Positions 15,449 through 24,034 of a stretch of DNA of 30,137 nt are shown here, one piece after another. The position numbers and the translations under genes are program-made. This DNA comes from an uncultured Acidobacteriota bacterium (GTDB taxonomy: Bacteria > Acidobacteriota > Polarisedimenticolia > J045): NCBI GenBank assembly GCA_964484415.1, contig CAZAHQ010000001.1:1-30137 (forward strand), read 5' to 3'. The notes under the pieces were generated by a model. That model made no database searches. It saw only the letters and a program-made list of their open reading frames with translations, and was not told the origin of the DNA. The stretch's first letter is position 1; every line of letters starts with the position of its first letter.

Positions 15449-16831
15449 ATGAAGGCAAGCAATCGGAGTACGGCCTCGCCACGAACCATCTTGATCGTCG
15501 ACGACGATCCTGACGTGCGCTCTGTGCTCGACCAACTGCTCTCCCCGCACTTCGAGCTGCTTGGCGCCCACGATGCCGCGTCGGCGTTGATGCTCGCACG
15601 GAAACACCAGCCAGGCGTCGCCTTGCTCGACCTGCATCTCGGTGACGGACCCGATGGATTCTGGTTGCTCGAGCGACTCAAAGCGCTCGACCCCGCACTC
15701 CCAGTCGTCATTCTGTCGGTCGATCGCGATACGGAAACGATCGTGCGCGCCATGAAGGCCGGCGCTGCCCACTACATCGGCAAGACGCCGCGTTATGACG
15801 AGTTGCTCGAACGACTGCGGCTCGCGTTCGACGAACGCGGTCGAGCGATGCAACTGGAAGCGCATCGTCTGCCCGAGACGGCGGAGATTCTGGGTGACTC
15901 ACCTGGAATGATCGAGGTACGCCGACTACTCAAGCTGGCCGCCGGCTCTGAACTTCCGCTCGTGGTTTTGGGAGAGACCGGCACTGGGAAGGGTTTGGTC
16001 GCCAGGGCCACGCATCTGGCCAGCACTCGGCGCAGCGGACCGTTTCGCGATGTCAACGTCGGCGGGCTCCCGTCGTCGGTGCTCGACAGCGAGCTGTTCG
16101 GTCACGAACGCGGCGCATTCACCGGCGCCGAGCGTTTGCGCCGCGGATTGTTCGAACTCGCGGCCGGCGGAACGATCCTCTTGGATGAAATCGGCGACCT
16201 GCCACGCGATTCTCAAGTCAAGCTGCTGAAGGTCGTCGAAGAGGGGCGCGTACATCGGTTGGGCAGCGACGACGACGTGCAGACGGATGTCCGGGTCGTA
16301 GCGGCGACTCATCGTGACCTGAACACCATGATCGCGCAGGGAGCGTTTCGCGCCGACCTGTTCCACCGCTTGGCAGGCTTGGTAATCGAGATTCCGCCGT
16401 TGCGATCACGCCGCGAGGACATCCCGATCCTGACCCGTCATTTCGTGGGGGACGAGTGGGAGATCGCACCGACGGCAATCGACCAGCTCATGGCCCACGA
16501 CTGGCCCGGCAATGTACGCGAGTTGATGCATGTGATGCGCCGCGCCACTTTGTTCGCGCACGATCGCATCATCGGTGGTGAGCAGATTGCGATCCACGAG
16601 ACCGGCAAACGAAGCGATGCGGGCGCGGAACGCGCCGTCTACGCGTTGCCGTATCACGACGCGTCGAAACAAGCCCTGGACCAATTCCGTCGACGCTATG
16701 TCGAGTCGCTGTTGGAGCGCTGCGGTGGAAACGTGTCGATGGCTGCCCGCGAGAGCGGAATTTCGCGAGCCCACCTGCACGCGATGATCGCTGAACTAGG
16801 ACTCAAGTCGCGCGACGGCGATCTCGAATGA
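15449..16831 (+). CDS. Sigma-54-dependent response regulator (NtrC family; REC-AAA+-Fis HTH)
   Basis: ILIVDDD, LLDLHL (phospho-Asp), GETGTGKG, ELFGHERGAFTGA, LDEIG, FRADLFHRL, WPGNVREL, GNVSMAARESGISRAHL. Confidence 0.97.
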   Translation: MKASNRSTASPRTILIVDDDPDVRSVLDQLLSPHFELLGAHDAASALMLARKHQPGVALLDLHLGDGPDGFWLLERLKALDPALPVVILSVDRDTETIVRAMKAGAAHYIGKTPRYDELLERLRLAFDERGRAMQLEAHRLPETAEILGDSPGMIEVRRLLKLAAGSELPLVVLGETGTGKGLVARATHLASTRRSGPFRDVNVGGLPSSVLDSELFGHERGAFTGAERLRRGLFELAAGGTILLDEIGDLPRDSQVKLLKVVEEGRVHRLGSDDDVQTDVRVVAATHRDLNTMIAQGAFRADLFHRLAGLVIEIPPLRSRREDIPILTRHFVGDEWEIAPTAIDQLMAHDWPGNVRELMHVMRRATLFAHDRIIGGEQIAIHETGKRSDAGAERAVYALPYHDASKQALDQFRRRYVESLLERCGGNVSMAARESGISRAHLHAMIAELGLKSRDGDLE

Positions 16832-19800
16832 TGCGGCGAGTCGTGCTGTGGGTGATCAGCGCGGCGCTCTTGGAGTTGTGGGCCGGATCGGTGCGTGCGC
16901 GCGCAGAAGCACCGGCGCCTGCTCCCGAACGAGTCTGGGAACTCGATCTGGACGACTCGGCCGAGGCCTCACGCTGGCAGTTGCTCGATGAACCGCTCAA
17001 TCCAGGGACAATCCGCTGCCGCCACGAGTACGCCTCGCTCGACGGCAAGACGGCGACCGGCACGCTTGTATTCGAAGCAACTCCCGGCATCGGCGCGGCG
17101 AGCCTGACCACCGTCTATCGCCCGTTCCCACCCGACTTCTTTTTGACGCCCAACAACTCCTTCGTTCTGGACTGGTCATGGGAACTGGCCGACACACGAT
17201 TGTCCGATGGGGTCGCGATCGGTTTGGTGATGCAATCCGACCGCGACGGTTCGTTCGAGCGGAGTCCGGTGGCGATCAGTCATACGCGATACACGATCGC
17301 GTGGCGCGTCCTCTTCGATGCGGCCGAGACCTGGTATTCGCATCGGATCGGACTCGGTCAGGAACGGTTCGCGGCGAGTTACGCCAAGGCTCAGCGGCCG
17401 ATCGGCGTCTTCTTCGCATTTCAAGATCCGGTCGCTCAGCGCCTGCGCGTGTCCAAGCTGAGGCTTGAGGCGTGGCCGGCTGGCGCCGTCGATACCGATC
17501 CCCTGTTGGATCCACATCGATTGACTTATGACGAGCGACCTTTCACCCCTTCGATCCCCTCCACGACGACGGCGGCGACCACGCTCGCTGCGGAAGATCT
17601 GGATGGCGATGGCCTGCCCGAGCTGTTGTTGGCTCAACATCATGATTTCGTGCACGTGTGGCGCAACGACGGACACGGTGAGTTCGTCGACGACATCACA
17701 GAACCGGCGGGACTCGTCAGACGGATGATCGCTACCGGCGCGCTGTTCATCGATATCGATCGCGACGGGGACCGCGATCTGGTTCTGAGCGGGGAATTCG
17801 ATGTCCCGATCCTGTTCGAGAATCGCGGCGGTTTGCGCTTCGAGCCGGTGGCCTTGGAGAGCGATCGAGCGCTCGGTTTTTGGTATGGCTGCGCCGGATC
17901 CGATTACGACTTGGACGGCAACATCGACCTTGCGTGCACCACCGCCTTCGGTGCCCCTGGAACAACCTTGCTGCAACAAGCCGGTCCAAAGCACTGGCGC
18001 TCGATCGTACCCTCGGGGTGGGCGGGCGTTTCAACCGCAACTACCAGTGGCTTCGCCGCCGCGTGGGGTGATCTCGATGGCGATCACTATCCCGAGTTGG
18101 CGTTCGGGCGCACGTCCGTCGCGCACAATAGTGTTGGGGTTCTGCAGTCGCCTGAGATGCTCCCAACCCCCGTCACCTCACCGGAAGAAGTCGAGGGACA
18201 GGTGTTCGCCGATTTCAACGCGGATGGCACGCTCGACCTGGCGGTGCTCCGCGACATGCCTCGCAACACGGGCCAGGTCTTGATGCTGTTCAACGGCGAT
18301 GGACAGGGCGGCCTGCAGGAATCGCCGACATCGCATGAAGCGCTCGACCTGAGTGAGGCGGAAGTTCTGCTCGCGGAAGACTTCGATAACGACGGTCGAC
18401 TCGATCTGTACATCTGCCGCGAACATCTTCCCAATGTGCTGCTGTTGCAAACCGCTGCTGATGATTGGCGGGATGCCAGTGAGCTTTCGGGGCTGGCCGA
18501 TCAAGGCGGATGTGCGGGGGCGATCGCCGCCGACTTCGATGGCGATGGTCGGCTCGATGTGGCGATTGCCAGCTATGCCGAGTCGCCTCGGCTGCTTCGC
18601 AATCATCTGGCGAGTGGCCACTGGATCGGTGTGTCTGTATTCGATCGTGCGGGCGCAGACGCCGTCGGCACGCGTATCGATCTGATCGACACCGCGACAG
18701 GCAAACGACTGATGACACGTTGGCTGGAGCGAGGTCAAGGGTTTGGTTCGAACGGCCCGGCCGAGAGGCGCTTCGGCTTGGGGACGCGAACCAGCGCGCT
18801 GATTCGTGCCACGTATCCCTCGGGTGCGATACGCGAGCGCACCATCTCGGACGTCGACCAGAGCGTCACCCTTTCAGAGCCAAGCGATGGACCCCTTGCT
18901 CATGGGTGGAGCCGGCTACGCGAGATTCGCAGCGATATCACCCGCGAGTTCCGCCGGTTTGCCTTGGCCCAGCCGATGACTCGCGTCGCGATCGTGACCG
19001 TCGGACTGGTTGCCGGGTTTCTGATCGTGAGTTGGCGCCCGATGCGATGGTTTTGGTTGTCGCTGTCGGCCCTAGTGGTGGCGCTGAGTTTGATGCTGGG
19101 CTCAGTCCCGGGCCGCGGACTCGGCGGATGGGCTGCGGGGCTATGGGTTTCGGGCCAACTCCTCGGCGCCGTGATCCCGTCCCTCGCAACGATCGTGGTC
19201 CGCGGTGGGCGACGACTCTCGCGTGCCGGAGCGCGGAGTGGATCGCGCGAAGAGCTGATGCGCTGCTCGATCGATTTCCGGCATTCAGGCAGCGAGGCTC
19301 GTGCGCTGATCGCGATTACGGCTCGGCTGCAGAACCTCTTCATCGACGGACGGCTTCACGAGCAGTTCGTGATCCAGTTGCGCGAGCTGGCGGCGGCGCA
19401 CCGGCGTATGTCCATAGCGCGGCTGTCGCAACTGATCTCGCTCAGCGAGCTGGTGCTCGAGAATGCTGAAGAACCGGGCCAACTGAAACGTTCCTCGCGC
19501 CAGGTCGCCACGCTGCTCGCCGAGTTGGATTCGGAGCGACCGCGAACGGATGAGCAGTGGGGTCGCTGGCGGGCCGAGCTGCTCCCACTACTGGATACAC
19601 ATCGCGAGAATGTCGCTGCACTGCTAGCGGCGATCGACCGTCAGGCATCACTTCCGATCCTCGAGGTTCGCGACCTGGTTGAGGCCGCCTGCAAGGAGCG
19701 ACAAGCGCTGATCCCGATCGAGTTCGAGCCGGGGGCGCGGCACCAAGATCGTGCCGTGCAGGTTGTGATCTCGCCGATCGCGCTGACAACCGTGTTGGAT

Positions 19801-20127
19801 GTGTTGCTCGACAACGCGCTCGAGGCGGCACGACCAAATCAGCGGGGAGCAATACTGGTTTCGCTGACGGTCCTGCCGCGCGAGGTCGAGCTCGCCGTCG
19901 AAGACGATGGCGTTGGAATAACACCCGGCACGGAAGCGGAAGTGTTCAAGTTCGGCGTCTCGTCTCGACCTGCGGGTGGTGGGTATGGACTCCCCCGCTC
20001 GCGTGAGCTACTGGCTCATTACGGCGGGCGGCTCGAGCTACGATCGGCTACACAGCTACGCGGGGCGCGATTCATCGTGATCCTGCGTCGTAGTCTGATC
20101 GGCCCGACAGGTGTGCGGTCAACCTGA
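16828..20127 (+). CDS. Atypical membrane sensor histidine kinase: N-terminal beta-sandwich, 7 FG-GAP/VCBS repeats, ASPIC/UnbV, about 3 TM helices, HATPase
   Basis: Signal peptide; seven DxDxDG repeats (EDLDGDG, DIDRDGD, DYDLDGN, GDLDGDH, ADFNADG, EDFDNDG, ADFDGDG); ASPIC/UnbV-like LRN...HWIGV...AVGTRI...GFGSNG...RFGLG...YPSG; N box LDNALEA, G1 VEDDGVGI, F/G2 VFKFGVSSRPAGGGYGL. ATGA overlap with the regulator. Confidence 0.85.
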   Translation: MMRRVVLWVISAALLELWAGSVRARAEAPAPAPERVWELDLDDSAEASRWQLLDEPLNPGTIRCRHEYASLDGKTATGTLVFEATPGIGAASLTTVYRPFPPDFFLTPNNSFVLDWSWELADTRLSDGVAIGLVMQSDRDGSFERSPVAISHTRYTIAWRVLFDAAETWYSHRIGLGQERFAASYAKAQRPIGVFFAFQDPVAQRLRVSKLRLEAWPAGAVDTDPLLDPHRLTYDERPFTPSIPSTTTAATTLAAEDLDGDGLPELLLAQHHDFVHVWRNDGHGEFVDDITEPAGLVRRMIATGALFIDIDRDGDRDLVLSGEFDVPILFENRGGLRFEPVALESDRALGFWYGCAGSDYDLDGNIDLACTTAFGAPGTTLLQQAGPKHWRSIVPSGWAGVSTATTSGFAAAWGDLDGDHYPELAFGRTSVAHNSVGVLQSPEMLPTPVTSPEEVEGQVFADFNADGTLDLAVLRDMPRNTGQVLMLFNGDGQGGLQESPTSHEALDLSEAEVLLAEDFDNDGRLDLYICREHLPNVLLLQTAADDWRDASELSGLADQGGCAGAIAADFDGDGRLDVAIASYAESPRLLRNHLASGHWIGVSVFDRAGADAVGTRIDLIDTATGKRLMTRWLERGQGFGSNGPAERRFGLGTRTSALIRATYPSGAIRERTISDVDQSVTLSEPSDGPLAHGWSRLREIRSDITREFRRFALAQPMTRVAIVTVGLVAGFLIVSWRPMRWFWLSLSALVVALSLMLGSVPGRGLGGWAAGLWVSGQLLGAVIPSLATIVVRGGRRLSRAGARSGSREELMRCSIDFRHSGSEARALIAITARLQNLFIDGRLHEQFVIQLRELAAAHRRMSIARLSQLISLSELVLENAEEPGQLKRSSRQVATLLAELDSERPRTDEQWGRWRAELLPLLDTHRENVAALLAAIDRQASLPILEVRDLVEAACKERQALIPIEFEPGARHQDRAVQVVISPIALTTVLDVLLDNALEAARPNQRGAILVSLTVLPREVELAVEDDGVGITPGTEAEVFKFGVSSRPAGGGYGLPRSRELLAHYGGRLELRSATQLRGARFIVILRRSLIGPTGVRST

Positions 20128-20202
20128 CAGGTGAGTTCGTCGCGTCGAAACCGATCTGGTCTCTTTGCAGTGCGTTAGCAGTCGTCGCGAGCTTGATCGG
20201 AT

Positions 20203-20219
20203 ATGGCACATGGGTTGCT
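20203..20219 (+). promoter_or_regulatory. Sigma-54 (-24/-12) promoter
   Basis: ATGGCACATGGGTTGCT is near-consensus TGGCAC-N5-TTGCW. Predicted start site about 20230, immediately before RBS GAGGAGGA (20231-20238) and ATG 20245. Confidence 0.8.
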
Positions 20220-20244
20220 CTTCGCGCGTTGAGGAGGAGCCGCT

Positions 20245-20808
20245 ATGCCCAATCAGTCGAGACACAAACTCAAGGCCACGCGCGGGGCGATGATCGCGCT
20301 TTGCGCACTTGCGACCATTGTCGGCGCTGGGTCGTCAGGTTTCGCTGGGAAGTACTTCGAGGAGAAAGAGCCGGGGCAACAACTCGCGGCCAGTGAATCC
20401 GACGCCGTCGTCTACATCATCCGCAGCACGCACATGGGTGCGTTGATTCACTTCTGGACATTCGCCGATGAACAGCTCCTCGGCGTGACGCACGGCAAGT
20501 GCTGGAACGTCGCGCGGTTGCCGGCCGGAACGCACGTGCTCTGGGCCAAAGCCGAGAACGTCACAGCGATCACGCTGACGGTCGAGGCCGGTAAGGTCTA
20601 CTACATTCATCAGCTCGTAGTGCCCGGCTTCGGGCGTGCGCGCACACGACTTGCACCGATCGACGAGGCGGAAGGGATGAAGCTGCTCGCCAAGATCGAT
20701 CGTCAACTCGTGCTCACGGACGAAGCGCGAAGCAAGGGCGCCGAGATCTCCGCAGAGCACCTCGAACTGGCTCGCAAGCGAGCCGCTGCGAAGGAGCAGG
20801 ACCAATGA
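20245..20808 (+). CDS. Secreted/periplasmic DUF2846-like protein
   Basis: Strong RBS; signal peptide; VVYIIR...LLGVT...LPAGTHVLWAKAEN...LTVEAGKVYYI pattern typical of DUF2846-like beta-sandwich proteins. Confidence 0.75.
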   Translation: MPNQSRHKLKATRGAMIALCALATIVGAGSSGFAGKYFEEKEPGQQLAASESDAVVYIIRSTHMGALIHFWTFADEQLLGVTHGKCWNVARLPAGTHVLWAKAENVTAITLTVEAGKVYYIHQLVVPGFGRARTRLAPIDEAEGMKLLAKIDRQLVLTDEARSKGAEISAEHLELARKRAAAKEQDQ

Positions 20809-21434
20809 TCAGGCCGTTCCGAAACCGTCGAATCGTGCGTTACCTGGTTACCGTGTCGGCGTGCGTTGCATCGCTGGTCTCAGCCGCTCTCGCAGAAGGC
20901 GGTGTTGTGCGCTTCAGCGTGCTGCGATTCTCTCCGACCGGCGATTGGCAGGGGCGATTGATTGGCGAGAACGTCACCGTGGAAGCCGACAGCGCGGTCG
21001 GCGCAGGTTTGAGCTACGAGCTTCGTCCGACGCACCGCTGGGGTGTGGAAACCGCGATGTCGCTGGCGGACGTCGACTTCAACCTCTCGGTGAGAGGCGC
21101 TGGAAGCGCCAAACTTGGATCGGCACTGCTGCTGCCGCTGACATTCGGCTTGAATTTCCATCCCCTGCCGGCCAAATCGCGAACCGATCTGTACGTGGGC
21201 CCGATGCTCGGCTGGGTGTTCTGGGGAAATCTCAGGACCGATTCGGGAGACGTCGAGGCGGATAGCGAATTCACGCTGGGTGCACAGGTGGGCGTCGCGA
21301 TCGCGTTCTCCTCGAAGTCACGCTGGTCGTTCGACGCTGCAGTTCAGTACCTTCGCTTCCCGCTGGCTGACCAGTCGATCTCGGTCGATGTCGACCCGTT
21401 TGTTCTGCGCGTGGGGCTGGCGTCGCATTTCTGA
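20805..21434 (+). CDS. OmpW-family outer-membrane beta-barrel protein
   Basis: Signal peptide; alternating beta-strands; LPLTFGLNFHP, LYVGPMLG, LGAQVGV, WSFDAAVQY, VDVDPFVLRVG; terminal Phe. ATGA overlap with the upstream gene. Confidence 0.85.
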   Translation: MIRPFRNRRIVRYLVTVSACVASLVSAALAEGGVVRFSVLRFSPTGDWQGRLIGENVTVEADSAVGAGLSYELRPTHRWGVETAMSLADVDFNLSVRGAGSAKLGSALLLPLTFGLNFHPLPAKSRTDLYVGPMLGWVFWGNLRTDSGDVEADSEFTLGAQVGVAIAFSSKSRWSFDAAVQYLRFPLADQSISVDVDPFVLRVGLASHF

Positions 21435-21468
21435 TAGATCAACGAAGCGCGCGACCCGACGTGGTGGC

Positions 21469-21510
21469 CACCATGAGAATCGAAAGCGGGAGCTTTCGAT
21501 TTTCATGGTG
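21469..21510. terminator. Strong hairpin between convergent genes, probable terminator
   Basis: CACCATGAGAATCGAAAGC-GGGA-GCTTTCGATTTTCATGGTG: 19-bp stem (one G-T pair) and 4-nt loop, 35 nt after the OmpW stop. No clear poly-U tail. Confidence 0.6.
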
Positions 21511-21560
21511 ACGGGGTTGTGTCTTCTGCTGCACTCGGCACTCGATCCTGGCGCCAACCG

Positions 21561-21731
21561 CTAGTGAGAGTCCACCAGCGATGCGACGTTCTCGTGCGCG
21601 CTCCTCATCAACCAGACATACCCATCTTCCAGGCTCGGCCGCGCCGGCTCGGCGTTGGCGTAACCGTCCGCGCTTGGTCCCACGAGTCGAATCTGAATCC
21701 CATCGGATAGATTGAGCGCGGGAGATCCCGA
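21561..21731 (-). pseudogene. Possible C-terminal remnant of an ABC-2-type transporter ATP-binding protein
   Basis: Manual translation SDGIQIRLVGPSADGYANAEPARPSLEDGYVWLMR...* resembles the EP..PxLEDxYxxLM tail of ABC-2 ATPases. No Walker motifs remain and there is an upstream stop/frameshift. Confidence 0.4.
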
Positions 21732-22517
21732 TCAGCCCAACCACTGCTCCTGCAGCCACCGCAGCGAAGAGCTCGCTTTGCGCAGTTCCTCATCGATCGC
21801 TTCTACAGAAGCATCCGGTTCGATCGACCCTGCGTAGGCGCGGGCATACAAGATCCAGTTCGAAAGCTGATAGTGATGGAGCAAAGATCCGAATCGATGG
21901 GCCTGAAACTGCTCGAGCACGATCTGCGCCGCCTCGACGTTGGGACATCGGACCAGCGCCATGCACGCATCGAGCAATAGCGCGCGCAGATCTTCAAAGG
22001 CCTGCTCGGGATCGTTGGCGACGCTGTTCAGCAGTGCTGCAAACTGATCCTCGTCGAGACCCGCGTCGGCCGCCGCCTCACCCATGATCGGCGCCTGTGT
22101 CGACACGAAGTCCGATCCGGGAGCGCGGGCCAGCAGCTTGCCCAGCAAGTACAGATCGAACGCGCTCGCGATCGCTTCGCCGAAGAACATCGCGTGGGCC
22201 GAAGCCCGCTCGGACGCGCGCGGTGACGAAGCCAATCCCAACCGTTCGCTCGCCAACTGGTGCCACGCCACGTGCGCCACGACATCGGCAGCAATGCGTG
22301 GCTCACACAGCACGTCTGCTCCACCGCTCGGATCCCAATACGTCAGGTTGAGGAACGTCGCGCGATCCCAACTGTTGTGTGGGCCATCGCCGAGTACCAG
22401 AAATCGGCAGTCGGATTTCACGACCGCCGCCTTCAGGCGTGGGTAGACGTCAAGCGTGGCGAAGACATCCTCATCGTCGATCTCGAGCGCATCGAGTGTC
22501 ACGGATCTCAGCGGCAT
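21732..22517 (-). CDS. Conserved hypothetical protein with HxxxH (HVAWH) and downstream E-x-x-A-S motif
   Basis: 261-aa ORF with protein-like composition: ATFLNLTYW, VAHVAWHQL, FFGEAIASAFDLYLLG, LLHHYQLSNWILYARAY. Confidence 0.8.
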   Translation of the reverse strand: MPLRSVTLDALEIDDEDVFATLDVYPRLKAAVVKSDCRFLVLGDGPHNSWDRATFLNLTYWDPSGGADVLCEPRIAADVVAHVAWHQLASERLGLASSPRASERASAHAMFFGEAIASAFDLYLLGKLLARAPGSDFVSTQAPIMGEAAADAGLDEDQFAALLNSVANDPEQAFEDLRALLLDACMALVRCPNVEAAQIVLEQFQAHRFGSLLHHYQLSNWILYARAYAGSIEPDASVEAIDEELRKASSSLRWLQEQWLG

Positions 22518-22737
22518 GGATGCATCTTACACGCCGACAACCTGGCTCCCGCCCGCTGTGAGCTTCTGGTTGCAAACCGTCGTGTCGCCCGGCGGGAACC
22601 ACCTCGAGGAGCCGCTAGGAACCACTCATCGCTCCGATCCAGGCCGTACAGAGGCGATCGACCGTGATCGAGGTTCGCTTTCGGCCTCGCCCCGCGTATC
22701 GTTCCGGCGCGAGTTCGGAGCTAGGGAGGGCCACCCG

Positions 22738-22986
22738 ATGTTTCGTACGTTCCGCGCCGTGAAGTTCTTGTTCGTCGGTCCCTTGATTCTGGCGATGCTG
22801 CTCGTCATCAACCTGATGACCGAGGGGCACCTGACCTGGTTCAAGTGGGCAGCACTTGGAATTGGTATCGCGTGGGTGGTCAACCTACTGCGCGTCGCGC
22901 GTGCCGTGGTGATTGCGGGCGGGCTCACCGCCGTGCTGGCCTACTTCTACCAGCGCAGACAGCGCAACGATCAGGTGCCGCGCTGA
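22738..22986 (+). CDS. Small membrane protein (2TM-like)
   Basis: GGAGGG RBS; 82 aa; MLLVINLMT...WFKWAALGIGIAWV pattern of 2TM-domain proteins. In frame with track ORF 22456..22986. Confidence 0.75.
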   Translation: MFRTFRAVKFLFVGPLILAMLLVINLMTEGHLTWFKWAALGIGIAWVVNLLRVARAVVIAGGLTAVLAYFYQRRQRNDQVPR

Positions 22987-23039
22987 CACTGGGCTCTCAA
23001 GTCGATCGGCTGCGTCGCGTCAAGCTGCGTCGAACGGAA

Positions 23040-23220
23040 CTTGGTCCGGCCGAACGAGAGATCGAGGTCCCGGGGGATCACGCGCCATATCCCACGATCA
23101 CGATCGTGGAGTAGGTAGAAGTGGTGTCGACATTCTGGATCGTGATCGGGAGCCCATAGATCGGGAGCAGTTCATCGACATCAATGTGAGTCGACCGCCA
23201 CTCCGGCAGATCCGCCTGAC
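23040..23220 (-). pseudogene. Fragment of a CotH-family kinase gene
   Basis: Two frames joined by a frameshift: EWRSTHIDVDELL...IQNVD, then HFYLLHDRDRGIWRVIPRDLDLSFG, matching the CotH pattern HNYYLY.D...W..IPWDLDLSFG. Confidence 0.5.
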
Positions 23221-23387
23221 CGAAATGGAGCGAACCCAGGCAGGAAGTGGTGGAGCTATCTCGAGTCGATCGCCCGCTGAAGTAGTTATTTTCGCCGCGT
23301 GGCCCGGGCGCGAAGCGAGTTCACCACTGCATGCGCTCCGATGAGTCGATCCAGCACTCCAACGCGGCCGTTAGCTCGAGTCACCCT

Positions 23388-23963
23388 TTACCGCTGGACA
23401 CTATCGAGTGCCTCGAGCAGCTTCGCGCTCGGCGCCAGCCCGTAGACACGGGTCCAGTGGCCGGTCGCGAGGCTTCCCACGGTAACCAGCGCCGTGTGGC
23501 TCGCCTTCGGTCCCGTCACACCGAATGCTGCGAGAAGTTGATCGATCGCCGGGCGCGAGCCAGTTACCAAGGACCAGCGCGTTCCGGCGCGGAAGCGCAG
23601 AGCGTGCGCCTGAATTCGTTCGAGTGTATCGGTCTCCGGATCAATCGAAACCGAGATCAAGCGAACATCGCTGCGATCACCTAGATCCTCCTGAAGCTGT
23701 GAGAAGACCGCAGACAACGGCTTACAGATCGTGGTGCACGAGGTGAAGATGAATTGGATAGCGACGCGCTGCCCCTCGACAAGGTCGCTGCGGAATCGCA
23801 ACTCGCGACCGCTTTGATCGACGACCGTTACATCGGGAATCTGCGGTGCCGGCAGCGCAACCGCGTCCTGTTCTGCACCAGCCCGGGCTCGCCATGGTGC
23901 GGCGCTGAGTAGAAGTACCAATCCCGTCGTTGTTGCGCGGAGTAGAGTGCGGCGGCTCGACAT
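23388..23963 (-). CDS. SCO1/SenC copper chaperone
   Basis: PDVTVVDQSG, FIFTSCTTIC (CxxxC), LISVSIDPETDT, WSLVTG, SHTALV (Cu His). ATG 23963 gives an SRRTLL leader and avoids overlap with the oxidase. Confidence 0.93.
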   Translation of the reverse strand: MSSRRTLLRATTTGLVLLLSAAPWRARAGAEQDAVALPAPQIPDVTVVDQSGRELRFRSDLVEGQRVAIQFIFTSCTTICKPLSAVFSQLQEDLGDRSDVRLISVSIDPETDTLERIQAHALRFRAGTRWSLVTGSRPAIDQLLAAFGVTGPKASHTALVTVGSLATGHWTRVYGLAPSAKLLEALDSVQR

Positions 23964-24034
23964 CGCAGAGGCTCCTTCTCGAACTCGAAGAAGAAATGGG
24001 CCCCGAGGCGAACGCCCCGGGGCCCTTGTCGTTG

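Noticed and set aside
17593-18560. Periodic GATGGCGAT/GACGGC-like nucleotide repeats
   Set aside because: Explained by DxDxDG protein repeats; not a CRISPR array or DNA-level repeat.
22519-22537. Minus-strand GG-N10-GC element next to the 22517 start
   Set aside because: The implied start site would fall inside the coding sequence; poor -24 box.
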